This document shows, one piece after another, positions 50,215 to 63,256 of a stretch of DNA of 64,000 nt (position 1 is the first letter of the stretch; every line of letters starts with the position of its first letter). The translations under genes were made by a program, and so were the position numbers. Origin of the DNA: Chiloscyllium plagiosum (lineage: Eukaryota). The stretch is from positions 405,805-469,804 of the forward strand of contig NC_057756.1 in NCBI RefSeq assembly GCF_004010195.1. Direction: 5' to 3'. Below the pieces are notes generated by a model, which saw nothing but the letters and a program-made list of their open reading frames with translations, searched no databases and was not told where the DNA came from.

Positions 50215-50715
50215 ATGCCCATCAACCAAACGGCATTAACAATGACTTCATTAGTTTCAAAATCTCTCCTCCCCCATCTCATCCCAAAAAAAACTCTACA
50301 ACTCAGCACCGCCCTCTTAACCTATACTACCTGTCCATCTTGCTTCCCACCTATCCTCTCCACCCTCCCCACCAATTTATGAGAATTACTAGGAGAAAGT
50401 TTGAACTGCAGATGCTGGAGAGTCAGAGTTGAAAAGTATTTCACTGAAAAAACACAGCAGGTCAGGCAGCATCAGTGGAGCAGGACAGTCAATGTTTTGG
50501 GCATAAGCCCTTCATTCCTTCCCACCTATCTTTCCCCCAGCTCCACTCCCACCCCTCTTTTTATCTCACAGCCCCCTTCCCTCTCCACAGTCCTGATGAA
50601 GGCGCTTTGCCTGAAACATCTACTCTCCTGTTCCTTGGATGCTGCCTGACATGCTGTGCTTTTCCAGTACCTCATTGTTCGACTCCCCCTTCTACTAGCA
50701 TCTACAGTTCTTCAT
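50215..50715 (+). mobile_element. Penelope-like end (family B) with internal inverted copy (50391-50515)
   Basis: QPNGINNDF-like ORF end, and CTGATGAAGGCGCTTTGCCTGAAAC at 50593-50617. Confidence 0.75.
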
Positions 50716-52681
50716 TTAATTAATGTCAGTCAGAATAGATATGGTGGGCAAGACTTGACACAATCCTCTGTCCAGCACAGGTAATATTGAATCAAATAGT
50801 CTTTATAAAGTAGAGACTTGTTTTAAAATGTACACAAATATATTAATGCTGATACATAGAATTTGATCGCTGTTTCTGATCAACAAGAAATGAATGAAAG
50901 GAAAAACTTTAATTTTACAATTGCATGTCTTTATTCTATGTTTGGCCTAATTGTGTATGTTTCTAGTAGACAAAGAATTCGAATTTGAACTAACACTTTA
51001 AAAAAAAACTCTCCATCGATTAAGGAAGCAAATTACAAGATTATGAAATGGGATGACTGACTTCAAAATTATGAAAAAAAAATGGAAGGCCTGTTTCGTT
51101 CCTTGGAACTTGGAAAATTCAGGGAATGTATAATTTATAAGTGATGATGAAATGCCTGAGCATGTGTTTTTGGCATGAGCTACACCCAGTTGAAAACATG
51201 CCTGTAACCAATGGATTTGAAATCAAGCCTAGCAAAACTGATGATAATGCATCTTCTGAAGTTGCATAACTATTTTACAGAATTAGGTGAGAAAGGAATA
51301 ACTGCTTGCTGAACAATACTGTGCTGTCGTCATGGGAAAAGAATGATGTGAATGTCAGGGAATGAATGCTCTCTCAATGAGCTGCTATAAACACAATGGG
51401 AATAATAGCCCACAACTATAACCTTTGTGCAACAATTCAATGCTACCAGTACCATTTTTAAAAATCGCTTTCTACGGACCCTTTTGGTTAAAGTCGTTGG
51501 ACAGTATTACATGCAAAAGCCAGTGATGCACAGTTTTCACTTATCCACATAATTGACTGATTCATTAAGCTAGCTTGAAATCTTGGAAAGACCATTATAC
51601 CCCAGCCTCAGATATGAATTCCATACATTCTGCGGTGTAATTGACGATTTCAAAGTGTGTGCTTGGATGTTTTTGCTCTGCTTACGTTTGCAAACTAAAT
51701 GTCACTGGACATCACATTGTTAAATTAATAATGGAACAAATTTGTGACTTGATTTTTAGATCAGAAAATGGAAGATTCAAATTCAGGTAACTGAGCACTG
51801 AAAGAACTGTTGCTTTTCTTCATAGAAGATTGTTAATTTCAGCTATAGTATCAGAGAATCTGATTGATAAAGAGTGAAAGCTAAGATATCAAAGGTATGC
51901 TATATTTCATTCTGATCCTTGAGATTTTTTTGGGGCCGAGATTAACAGTAATCTAATTTCAGTTTTTGTTTTAGTTTCCAAATCCTATTTCACTGGAAAC
52001 ACATTCTACCAGTGTTAAAATGCAAATACTAGATTGGCTGTGAGCACTTTGTTGAACATTATGGTCCACAACACACTACGCAAAGAAAAATAAGCCTATC
52101 ACCTCCAAAGTAGTTCACTTTGCAAGTTATGTAATCTGATTTCTTAATGCTTTTGAACAAGTTCACCAAACCAACTTTTTACAGATGATGTTCTGGGGAC
52201 ATTGCCATGGTTTTGAACTTCTCCACATAAATTAAATATTTCCTTTCTGAGTTAATTTTGTTTTGAGGTCAGTATGTTTTTACTTCATGATTGTAACTAT
52301 TTTTCAAAATTCTTAATAATTTTCATTGTCATACATGCACTTTGACACTATGTTTCTAGATTGGAAAATATCTTAACTACCTGATGAAGGTCTACAACAT
52401 AGAATCAGGCCCTTCATGCATGGTGTTCTGTAATGCTTATTCTAGTACATCACAAAATAAATGTGCAGTGCTCTTAGCATATTTTATTGATACTTTCCAC
52501 ATAATGGCAACAGTAGGAGGTTCGAACACCAGTTCTGCTGTACTGGATGCAGGACATGTATCCTGGTAGAGATCATGTGGCTGTTTGTCAGACTTGTTCG
52601 CAACCAGAAAGTTCATGGAGGAATGAAAGAAAATTATTTTTTGATGTGAAAATTAGCAACGATGGCTTCTTTCCTTAAAGC

Positions 52682-52939
52682 AATAATGAACTTATTGAGT
52701 ACACTAATATGCTGAAAGGGGTAATTTTCTCACTACATAGCGTAGGGATTCTTGGAAGAAAGAAACCAGATTATTCACTTAAAAGAAGGCAGACTTAATT
52801 TTAATACAGTAAATAATGAACTTATTGAGTACACTAATATGCTGGAAGGGGTAATTCTCACTACATAGCGTAGGGATTCTTGGAAGAAAGAAACCAGATT
52901 ATTCACTTAAAAGAAGGCAGACTTAATTTTAATACAGTA
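52682..52939. repeat. Tandem duplication, 130 + 128 bp
   Basis: 52682-52811 and 52812-52939 differ by one substitution and a 2-nt indel. Confidence 0.95.
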
Positions 52940-53014
52940 CCCTGTGCAATTATTCTCGCAGTTGACTATTATTATTAATAACAATTAAATTGGAGTAATG
53001 ATAGTACTAGAATC

Positions 53015-53640
53015 ACTTCGTTCGTGCATGTAAAGTGATCATCACTGGCTATGTCAGAATTTATTAATAATAAATAATGATTATTATTATCGATTATCAT
53101 CTGTCTTCCTGAGGTATTGCAATCTTTTGTATCAACATACACTCGCAATACTGTGAGGAAGACAGGTACACGTACAAAACAAAAGATGGAGAAGGAGGGT
53201 GAGATAGTTTCAATTGAGGATGGCGTGAAGCTTGAAGAGAGAAATTCTGATGTTGGTGTTTACAGGTATCTACTGCCCTGGCCCTTTTAGGGGTGAGAGT
53301 TCGAGGGTCTAAATAGTGCTTTTAGAGAACAGTAGGTGAATTGGTGCGGTGCATCATTAATAAACAGCTGCCAGTGGGCACTGACAGTGGGCACTGTTGG
53401 TGAATGAAATGGTTTTTATGATTTGTTAATGTCATGTTATGAAGTGGGCAGCTTTGATCCGGATTATGCCAATCTTGCTGAATGTTTTTATCAAGGCACA
53501 GCTATCATTTCATTGATTAGTACTCAATTACACACCTGTCTTACACCTTGTAGATGGACAAGAGACACTGGGAGACAATGAGTTACTTGCCATACAACTC
53601 CCACCCTCTGAAAAGCTCTTGCAGAAACAGCATTTGTATT
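53015..53640 (-). mobile_element. Ancient LINE fragment whose 3' end resembles the family C SINE tail
   Basis: Degenerate. Similar remnants at ~54830-55250 and ~57100-57800. Confidence 0.4.
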
Positions 53641-54360
53641 TAGATTCACATCAAGTAAAAAGGACTATTACTTGAATGGTAAAAAAATTGCAGCATGCTG
53701 CTATGCAGAGGTACCTAGGCATCCTTGTGCATAAATCACAGAAGGTTGATCTGCAGTGCAAGATGTAATTAAGAAGGCAAATGGAATTTTGTCCTTCATT
53801 GCTAAAGGGATTGGGTTTAAAGGCAGAGATGTTTATTTTGCAGCTATATAGGGTGCTGGTGAGGACAGAGCTGGAGGACTGCGTGCAGTTTTGTTCTCCT
53901 TACTTGAGAAAGGATGTACTGCACGAGAAGGTGTGCGGAGAAGGTTCACTCGGCTGATTCCTGAAATTTAAAAGAATGACGGGGGAATCTTATCGAAACA
54001 TCTAAAAGTATGAAGGGAATAGATAAGATAAAAGTAGGACAATGGCGACTGAAAGTAGGACAAGAGAGTATAGCCTCAAAATTAGGGGGTGAAGATTTAA
54101 AACTGAATTGAGAAGCAACTTCTTCACCCAAAGAGTTGCGAACTATGTAATTCCCTGTGCGGTGAAGCAGTTAAGACTTACTCAGAAAATGTTTTTAAAG
54201 CTAAAATAGATAATTATTTGAATGGTAAAAGAATTAAGGGTTATGGCGAGATGGTGGGTAAGTGGAACTAAGGCCACGAAATGCTCAACCATGATTTTAG
54301 TGAAAGGCAGAGCAGGCTTGAAGGGTCAGATGGCCTACTCTTGTTCCTAGTTCTTATGTT
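53640..54360 (+). mobile_element. CR1 3' fragment
   Basis: ..GGTGCTGGTGAGGACAGAGCTGGAGGACTGCGTGCAGTTTTG.., and a tail TTCTTATGTT. Confidence 0.8.
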
Positions 54361-54433
54361 TTTCTGTTTGGTCAATCATAACTTTCAGGTTTTTGATTGT
54401 CGTAAAATTAATGGCAAAGATACAATTGAGTTT

Positions 54434-54764
54434 GAGAGCGCTACGGTTGCTCAGTCATTAGCATTGCTGCCTCACAATGCCAGAGACCCAAGTTTGATTC
54501 TAGCCTCAGACGACTGTCTGTGTGGAGTTTACGCATTCTCCCCGTGTCTGTGTAGGTTTCCTCTGGGTGCTCTGATTGCTTCCTACAATCCAAAGATGTG
54601 CAGTTTAGATAACTTGGCTAAGCTAAATTGCCCATAGTGTTCAGGGATATATAGGTTAGGGGAAATGTAGAGTAATGGGGTAGGGGAGGGTCTGGCTGGG
54701 TCTCTTCGGATGGTTGGTGTGGACTTGTTGGGCCCTACAGTTTCCACACTGTAGGGATTCTATG
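54434..54764 (+). mobile_element. HE1-type V-SINE
   Basis: Diverged full-length copy. Confidence 0.88.
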
Positions 54765-55259
54765 AATTTAGTAGCTTTTCAGACTCGCTTTGGTTGTGAA
54801 TAATCCTGTTCTTGACATTAATTAGTTGTTCCCAGGATTTGGGTGGCTCCAACTGGGGCAGCATTTTCTGCTCATCCCTAGTAGCCCAAGAAAATGTGGC
54901 AATGAGCTACTGTCTTGAACATTTGCTGTCAATTTGGTGCATGTAGGCCAGCACATTGGAAGGTTCTTCCAGAGTTACGACGAATGTCTCAAAATATATA
55001 GCATTCCTTCAGTATAATTGCATCAAAATCCTGGAACTCACGCCCAAATGGCATTGTTGGTCCACATGAGCAGTGGTGAGGATTGCTTGAGTTTCTGGTG
55101 TGTGGGTGAATGGTGCTGAACTTTGTACTATTATTAGCAAACGTTAAACCATATGGCTTTATTATAGCTGGAATGCCTTTGATGAAATAGCTGAAGATTT
55201 TACAACCCAAGTCACTAATGTGATCAATTCTTGGAGAGATGTCTTGCAGATTAGTTACT

Positions 55260-55580
55260 TTTTATTCCTTGCCAGGATTTGGGCTTCTTTAGATAGGTCA
55301 ACCATTATAGCCTGGAGAGCAGTAAAGAGTCATCCACATTGCTGTCAGTCAGGAATCTCATTTTCTCCATATGAGGTAAGGATGACAGACTTTCTTCCTT
55401 AACTGATGAATCAGATTTTGTTTTTTTCTGACAATGGACCATTGGTAGATCTATAATTCAGATTCTTTATTGAATTCCAATTCACCATTCCATAACGGGA
55501 TTTGAGGTTGGGTCCCCAGCATGTTAGGTGAGTTTCTTGATTGATAGTCTTGTGATAATACCACTAGGCTATTGCCTCAC
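55260..55580 (-). mobile_element. Family C SINE, near full length
   Basis: Head on - strand GAGGCAATAGCCTAGTGGTATT. Body matches 5213-5450. Confidence 0.7.
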
Positions 55581-56887
55581 TGGTACAGGAACAACCAACT
55601 TCCTTTGAGCCAGGTATGACTCCAATCAATGGAGAGATTTCTTTTCTACTCACATTGCTCCTAGAGTTACTTAGGTTTCATGATTCGATTCTTGATCAAA
55701 TGTGAGATCAAGGGCCATTACTCTCCTTTCATCTTTTCAATGCCCACACTTGATCCAAGAATATGATGAAATAAAAGGATGAGTAGTCCGGCCAGAATCA
55801 AAACAATGCATCTGACCACATGTTATCGTGAAATAACTGCTATTTTGATCGCCTGTTTGTGGCATCTTCCATACACTTAAAGATAGATACCAGTTTCTTT
55901 TTCATTGTGTTTGAGCAGATTGGCTAGAGGCGCAGAATGTACCTGGGACTCTTGTCTTCAGAAATTCAGTTATGAGAAGGTGTTCAGGATCAGAAGTCAT
56001 GGTGCTGAGATGAAGCACAAATTGAACGTCTGTGGACAGATTAATTTTGTGCAAAATCGGCTCAACGACCCAAGCAGATGTTTCTCACGACAGAATCACG
56101 ACACATAAGCATTGGCAGATAAATGGCCATTCAGTTCACCATGTTTGTGCTGTTCAGTTAAAGGGACTGCCCATTTTAATTTCAGTTGCTAGCTTGTGAT
56201 CAGTGCCTTACTGCTGACAATACTTCTGGTGTAAATCTAGGCAGTTTTAAAAGGTTTACACTTTGCATCTCAGTCAAAACAAAAGATAGTGATTTCCAGA
56301 TACCAAACACCGTGTGGGTGATCAAACTATTTTTCATGTTCTCTTTCATGATTCTACCCTCAATATGTGCCAACCCGCCCACACACCCCCACTCCCCATG
56401 CTCCACCCCCCCACCACCTGACGCCTGTCTACCCTGCCCTTCCTATTTTGTATGCCTCACTTGTGTTCTTAAGAAAATTACACTGGCAGGCCAAATCTTT
56501 CCTTATAAATTATTAAACATTTCCAATAATGTCATAAATATTCTCTGCACTTGTTCGAAAGTAATAATGAATTGCTTGTTTTGCGGTAATCAAACATCTG
56601 TAGAAAACGATGGCTTAACTAGTGTCTTATAATACCTTATGTTAATGTTGGATTGCACCCCTGCTCTTGTATTCAATAACTCACTAAATAAAGTAAAATA
56701 TTGCCTTTGCCACATTATGTGTCAACTCTTCAAATAACTTTATGGACCCATGGATTTGTAAAATTTCTCAGGTAGTTTGCGTAGCTTGAAATCCTCCCTT
56801 GTGGTTTATAATTTTTTTGTCTTTTTAGCCATTATTCTCTTCCCTCGCAGTGCATTACCTTGCACCCCCTAAGGACATCAAGAGTAT

Positions 56888-57095
56888 AGAATCATAGAAT
56901 CACAAAATCACTAGAGTGTAGATAGAGGCCATTCGGCCCATCCAGTCTGTATTGACTTCCAAAGAGCACCGCACTCAAACCCATTCCCCTACCCTATCCC
57001 CATTATCCCAAACTGACCCACCTAGCCTGAAACTTTCTGAGCAGTTAGGGGGCAATTTAGCATGACAAATCGACCTAATCTCTACACCTTTGGAC
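56888..57095 (-). mobile_element. HE1-type SINE 3' half
   Basis: GGGCAATTTAGCATG..CCTAATCT and an (AGAATCAT)n tail. Confidence 0.75.
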
Positions 57096-57892
57096 GGATA
57101 TGAGAGTAGTCTGGCATGTGATAATTGACCATGTTGGATTTGCCCTGCTTACATTACTTAATTCTCAATTGTATGCATTGCCAGATAAATTCGGCAGTGG
57201 CAATACTGCAAAGCTTGATTAGTGGCACGGTTCATTCTGGATCACTTGTCTTCAGTATTTTTGTCAGGATGTTATAGCCATCCATGAGTTATGTATTATT
57301 TAGTGCCTCAGCCTGCTCTTGATCTGACTCGAAACTGCAATGTTGGGGGCATGGCGGGGGTGAGAGGTTGGGGGGGGAGGGTGGAGAGAAGCAGGGGTGT
57401 GCGCCGGGTGGTGTGGGGAGGGAGTCAATGCAGATAATCCTTGGGCCACTTCAGCTCAAAGTTGGATGCATATACTTCAACTAAGAATTCAGCACTGATG
57501 AATTGGACTGCCCGTATTTGATTATGGATACATTAATGGAGACTTTTCTTCCTGCTCATGATTAGCTGCAACAGGACACACAAACTTATATCTCTTACCT
57601 TTGGGATTTGTTGGCCTTGATTTTGTATACTGCTTTTGCTGCGTGGCATGCAGGGTTACTTGGACTTAGCTATACAATATTCGAATCTCATTTTTAGGTA
57701 TAATTGGCATTAAAATAAGCATGTCCTAATGCTCTGTTATTAAAGCACTTTTGATCCCCTGGCTTGGACACAATGCTGGAAATGAGGTTACAAATTCTTC
57801 TGACTACTGATAACCACAGCGTCTCGTGGAAACTTAAAATTAGTTTCTGCAGCTTCCAAAAGTCCGCCTGATGCATTATAGTATCTAGATTA

Positions 57893-58245
57893 CTGTGGTG
57901 CTGGAAAAGCACAGCATGCCAGGCAGCATCTGAGGAGCAGGAAAATCAACATTTCGGGAAAAGACCATGATGGGGCTTCGAATTTGGTTGGAATTCAGCT
58001 GCGTCAGGCAAGTAAGCAGATTTCATTCTGCATTTTTAACTTTATGTTAAGAATTTAGCAAATCTGAAGTCAATCTTAAAGATTTTCATGACAACAGCCT
58101 GTCGAACATATACTATCATTCTCTTCACCTCCGTGAAATTCTAAAGAAGGATCACTGGACCTGAAACGATTTCTCTCAAGAGATGCTGCCCAACCTTTTG
58201 AGTGTTTCCAGAAATTTATACTTTTTTTTTCTGATTTCCAGCATT
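57893..58245. mobile_element. Two short PLE end fragments (family B - at 57893-57965; family C + at 58139-58245)
   Basis: GTGGTGCTGGAAAAGCACAGC..CAACATTTCGGG, and CTAAAGAAGGATCACTGGACCTGAAAC. Confidence 0.6.
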
Positions 58246-59074
58246 CACCTTCACCTCACATTTCTCCATCCCACTGATAAGATAAGGGAGGCCAAACCAT
58301 GATCATAATCCTGTGTGGAAAATAGTTGTGAGGAATAGTTATATAAATATTATGGTGCTGGGTGGTTTGTTGACCATCACCAGCTACCAAATGTTAGTCA
58401 AGAGGAATTTTTAGTGTGTCAGGCAAGTCATCATTGTTTGTTTGTTGCATAGTTTTGATCTGCGTGTTCCATTCTATTGCATTTTGTTCAGTGGACATTG
58501 AGTGGATTCTTGGTGCATTCGACTGGCTCTTTAGGGCATTTCAGAGTCACAAATAGACCAAGTAGTTAAGCAACATCAATAAAATAAGTATGTCTTTTTA
58601 TTTTTACTGCAATGAACAATATTTTCACATTACTAGTGCACTTGCATTTAATTCCAGATGTAATTGAACTCAAATTTTACTATTAATTGTAATGGCATCA
58701 AATCCATGCATTCTGAATACAAGCCTGTGTCTTTGCTCATAATTCTTTTTACACACTACAGTACACCTCCGTGTACCAGATAGTTGTCTCTTAAAAAATT
58801 GACATTACTAAATGTTACTACAAAAGTAACGCATTTGATGATAAAGCAGTTCTTAGTTATCAAAAACAGAACAAATATCCAGTTGTTATGAGTCACTATA
58901 AGAAGCCAATAATTTTTGAACATCGTTTGCAAGGTTACATTTTACGTTACTTCCACCAATGTCTTGTTAAAGTGAATCATTGGAACCCTATTCTTGTATT
59001 TCATTTCTCTCGCAATTAACTATCACATTCTGTTCACTTTCCTGTTCACTTGCTATACTGGCATATTAACCATC

Positions 59075-59313
59075 AGCACTAGGACACCCAGATCAGTCCA
59101 TGGAGTTTGCAAGTCCACCCCGTGTCTGTGTGTTCTTCTGCGTACACCAGATTCCTCCCAAAGTCCAAAGCTATCCAGGCTTGGTGGATTAGGTATGAGA
59201 AATATAGGGTTGCAGGGTTTGAGGAGTGGGTCTCGGTGGAATGCTCTTCGAAGGGTTGGTGTGGACTCAGTTGGTCAAATGGCCTCCTTCCACATTGGAG
59301 GAATGCTATGATT
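59075..59313 (+). mobile_element. Degenerate HE1-type SINE
   Basis: TGGAGTTTGCAAGTCCACCCCGTGTCTGTG..TCCCAAAGTCCAAAG. Confidence 0.7.
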
Positions 59314-59676
59314 CAAGGTCTACCATCACTTTTGTTTTAGTGCACTGCAACCTCTCACCATTTAGAAAATATTTCTTTTTTTTCTTTCTCTGAAGTGAAG
59401 AGTTAAATGAAAAATGATGAATAGTCGTAGTCTTGTGACTTATTATTAGATTAAAATCAGCCTGGTATTTCCGAGGATATTTCTGGAGAGAGACGAATTA
59501 TCTTTGAATAGTTTGCAGAGAATGACCTAGGTTATGCTGCTTGAATTGAAAGAGAAGTTAGAATTAGAATTAAAAATAATGGTGAGGAATTTTGAGTGAT
59601 CAAACTAGTAGATCTAATCACATTTGAGCATGTACATATTTCTTGATGGTGTTACTGTGGCTTCTTAGTCTTGCTA

Positions 59677-60500
59677 TAGAATCATAGAGGAACACAGCAC
59701 GATAGCAGACTCTTCAGTATAACCAGTCTATGCTGAACAAAATCCCAAAGTAAACTAGTCCCACCTGCATGCTTTTGGCCCATATCCTTCCAAATCATTC
59801 ATTTTCATGTATTTATCCAAATGTCTTTTAAACATTGTAATTGTGCTAACGGGAAGTTCATTCCACATACAAACCACCCTCTCTGCTAGAAATTTGACCC
59901 TCATATCTTTTTAAAAAATCTATCTACTCTCATATTAACAATGTGTCCCGTCATCTCGATGTCTCCCATCCGAGAGAAAGGACACCTACTATGAACCTAT
60001 CTACACCCCTTATGACTTTATAAACTTCTATAAGGTCACCTCTCAACCTTCTATCTGCCAGTAAGAAAAGATCTGAGTTCGATTCCAGTCTCGGGTGACC
60101 TGTCTGTGTGGAGTTTGCACATTTCCCCCTTGTGTACACTGGTTTCCTCCTGCAGTCCAAAGATGTGCAGATTAGGTGAATTGGATGTGCTAAATTGCCC
60201 ATAGTGTTCAAGGATGTGTAGATGAATTAGGCAAGGGAAGTGTTGGGGTCTGGGTGGGCTACTGTTTGGAGGTTTGGTATAGACTTGTTGGACCTATGGC
60301 CTATTTCCACACTGTAGGGATTCAATTCTATGATTCTGTCCAGCTTTACTTTGTAACTCAAACCTTTCAAATCCGGCAACATCCTAGTAGATCTCTTTTG
60401 AAACTTCTCTAGCTTAATAAAATTCTTCCCATAACTGAGCGAACAGAACTGGACATAGTATTCCAGAAGAGGCCTCAACAATGTCCTCTAAAACTCAATA
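59677..60500 (-). mobile_element. CR1 3' fragment interrupted by an HE1 SINE
   Basis: RRLRGDLIEVYKV and LRPLLEYYVQF on either side of 60070-60337. Confidence 0.82.
60070..60337 (+). mobile_element. HE1-type V-SINE, 5'-truncated
   Basis: B-box GTTCGATTCC, V domain and tail. Confidence 0.85.
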
Positions 60501-60804
60501 TGGCTAGGCACTCCTACACTCATAGGACTGACCAGGCTTTCTATGTGTGATGCAAACTTCAAAGAAACGGATCTTCCAACAATACTGAATGTACGTTTCC
60601 AAAATTACAAAATGAGTATGTGAATAAATATAAGAAGTAAACCAAAACAAACAATAGCAGACACCAGCATAAGATAATGTACAATCAGTTAAAAATGGAA
60701 TGCAAAGTACTTTCTTTACATGGTGGGGAGATACATACAAGTTACACAAGAGAATGGAATTGATAAAGTAGCAAGAACTTTAGATTGCTTTTTCTTCTTT
60801 GTTC

Positions 60805-61060
60805 AGATTAGATTAGATTCTTTGCAGTGTGGAAACAGACCATTCGGCCCAACAAGTCCACACCGACCCTCCGAAGAGTAACCCACCAGACCCATTTCCC
60901 TCTGACTAATGCACCTAATACTATGGGCAACTTAGCATGGCCAATTCACCTGACCTGCACATCATTGAACAGTGGGAGGAAACTGGAGCACTCGGAGGAA
61001 ACCCACCCCGACTCGGGAGAATGTTCAGACTCCACACAGTCACCTGAGGCTAGAATCAAA
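60805..61060 (-). mobile_element. HE1-type V-SINE, 5'-truncated
   Basis: V domain and (AATCT)n tail. Confidence 0.88.
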
Positions 61061-62294
61061 TCTTTAATTTGTGCTAATTTATGTTCAATCATTATTTCAT
61101 TCCAAATTGCATGTTAATTGGTCATTCCATTCACCAAATGTCTTGCCTTTAGCGTTAAAATATTGAAAAAAAACCCCGGAATTTTATGCAAATTTATACA
61201 AATTTAGGCAAACAGACAAATAGACACATTTGCTTTTAATTCGAAAGCAAGAAATCTGAGAAAAGAAATGTGAAAATCACATAGAGCAGGTAAGGTTAAT
61301 CAAATTACGAAGTATCCATTGTGAGATACAAATTTAGTGTCTCAGAATTATAACTTTTCATCTGAACAGAACTTTGAGCTTCATAAGTATAAATAGTTTT
61401 TTTGTCCATTATGTTTCAATCATTGAAACTCAGATCGTCTGATCGAGGGAAAAAGCTTGTTTAGAATTTCATATCTCCTTCACCAATTGATGGTATAATG
61501 GTGAGTCCACTACCTCTCACATATATCACACCGCTACTGCAACTGTCCAACTAATTCCCTCAAAAATCTGGTAATCTATTTGTACAACCCCAGTAGATGA
61601 TCCCTGGTGAAAACAAAAATAGGAAGTGAAATATATACACTAGTTGACTAAGTATGAGAAACATGAAGCAGTGGTCCAATTCTATCGTATTGACAATTTC
61701 ATCAATACTCTCAATGACAATAGCATAAATTAGATGCCCTCTATCCATAATCCACATTGTGTATTGAAGTGAACCAAGTTTCAATTTATCCTTTGTCTTT
61801 TAAGAACCTTTTGCACGACATTTCTATTTTTCTCTCTTTTCATGACATGGGGTCTTTTGATATTTAATTAATTCTGAAAGAACTACTTGTAGACCCATTT
61901 CAATTTAGACCTCAACAAATTGGTATTTAATGGAAGTTTGCATGTTCTACAGTGCACACAAACTTAATATAATTTTACTAAAGTTAATTTCAGTTCACCA
62001 ACCATATCCAAGACCAAAAATGTTTAGATTAGAACAAGGAAATGGATGATGTGGATTGTATATTTGATTAGTTTTAAATCTCACTTTTTTTTTTACTTTT
62101 GTTCTTAGAGCTCCACCAATTCTCCAGGGACATGTGCCAATATAGTATCATACTTTTATTTTTCCAGTGTAATGCTGCTATATCTTGGCTCTCCTTTTCA
62201 CCTTTTAGAAAATGATGTTGTACTTTCATCATGAACAAACAGCCATTATTTGCCATTGTGTTTTGCTATTGCTCTTCATCATCATCCTCACATG

Positions 62295-62759
62295 TGGCAG
62301 AACGCCTCATCTTCTGCCTCGGAACACTTCAACCCCAGGGCATCAATGTGGACTTCACCAGTTTCCTCATTTCCCCTCCCCCCACCTTACCTCAGGTCCA
62401 ACCTTCCAGCTCAGCATTGTCCTCATGATCTGTCCTACCTGCCAACCTCCCTTCCCACCTATCCGCTACACCCTCCACTCTGACCTATCACCTTTATCCC
62501 CTCCCCACTCACCCATTGTACACTTTGCTACCTTCCCCCACCCTCCTCTATGTCCTATCACCTTCATCCCCACCCCATTCATCTATTGTACTCTTTGCTA
62601 CCTTCTCCCCAGCCCCACACCCCCATTTATCTCTCCACGCTGGAGGGTCCATGCCTCTATTCCTGAAGAACGGCTTTTGCCCAAAACGTCGATTTTCCTG
62701 CTCCTTGGATGCTGCCTGACCTGCTGTGCATTTCCAGCACCACTCTGATCTAAACGCCA
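62295..62759 (+). mobile_element. Penelope-like element 3' end (family B): GIY-YIG C-terminus + pLTR
   Basis: ERLIFCLGTLQPQGINVDF is typical of the end of a PLE GIY-YIG endonuclease. Mutated hammerhead at ~62663-62690. 15-bp TSD CATCATCCTCACATG (62280-62294, 62760-62774). Confidence 0.82.
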
Positions 62760-62811
62760 CATCATCCTCACATGCTTCTACTTCTAATCATTATTAATAT
62801 TAGTGTTAGTA

Positions 62812-63172
62812 GGGGCAGAATGGTGGCTCAGTGGTTAGCAGTGTTACCTCACAGCACTCAGGACCCGAGTTCAATTCTAGCATCAGGTGACTGTCTGCGA
62901 GGAGTTTGCACATTCCTGCCATGTCTGCATGGGTTTCCTCGGCTGCCCTGGTTTCCTCCTGCACAATCCAAAGATGTGCATGTTAGGTGAATTGGCCATG
63001 CTAAATTGCCCATAGTGTTCAGGGATGTGTAGGTTAAGTGCATTAGTCAGGGATAAATGTATAATAATAGGGTAGGGGAATGGGGCTGGTTAGGACATTT
63101 AGCGGGTCAGTGTGGAATTGTTGGGTCAAAGGGCCTGTGTCCAGACCCTATGGATTCCATTCTAGGATTATA
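62812..63172 (+). mobile_element. HE1-type V-SINE
   Basis: Full head, V domain and tail. Confidence 0.9.
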
Positions 63173-63256
63173 CCAATGTAATGATGCTGTTCCCAATGGT
63201 ACTATTCACAGTATCAGTTATAATTGTCGCAATTATAGCACTACTACTAATATCAG

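Noticed and set aside
50060..50215. Possible Tigger-like DNA transposon remnant
   Set aside because: Too degenerate; terminal inverted repeats not identifiable.
51760..51894. Two possible micro-exons (AG|ATCAG..CAG|GT and AG|AAG..AAG|GT)
   Set aside because: The intervening intron would be only 39 nt, the second exon has stops, and there is no homology.
52380..52420. CTGATGAAGG hammerhead-like start
   Set aside because: No closing stem II or GAAA follows.
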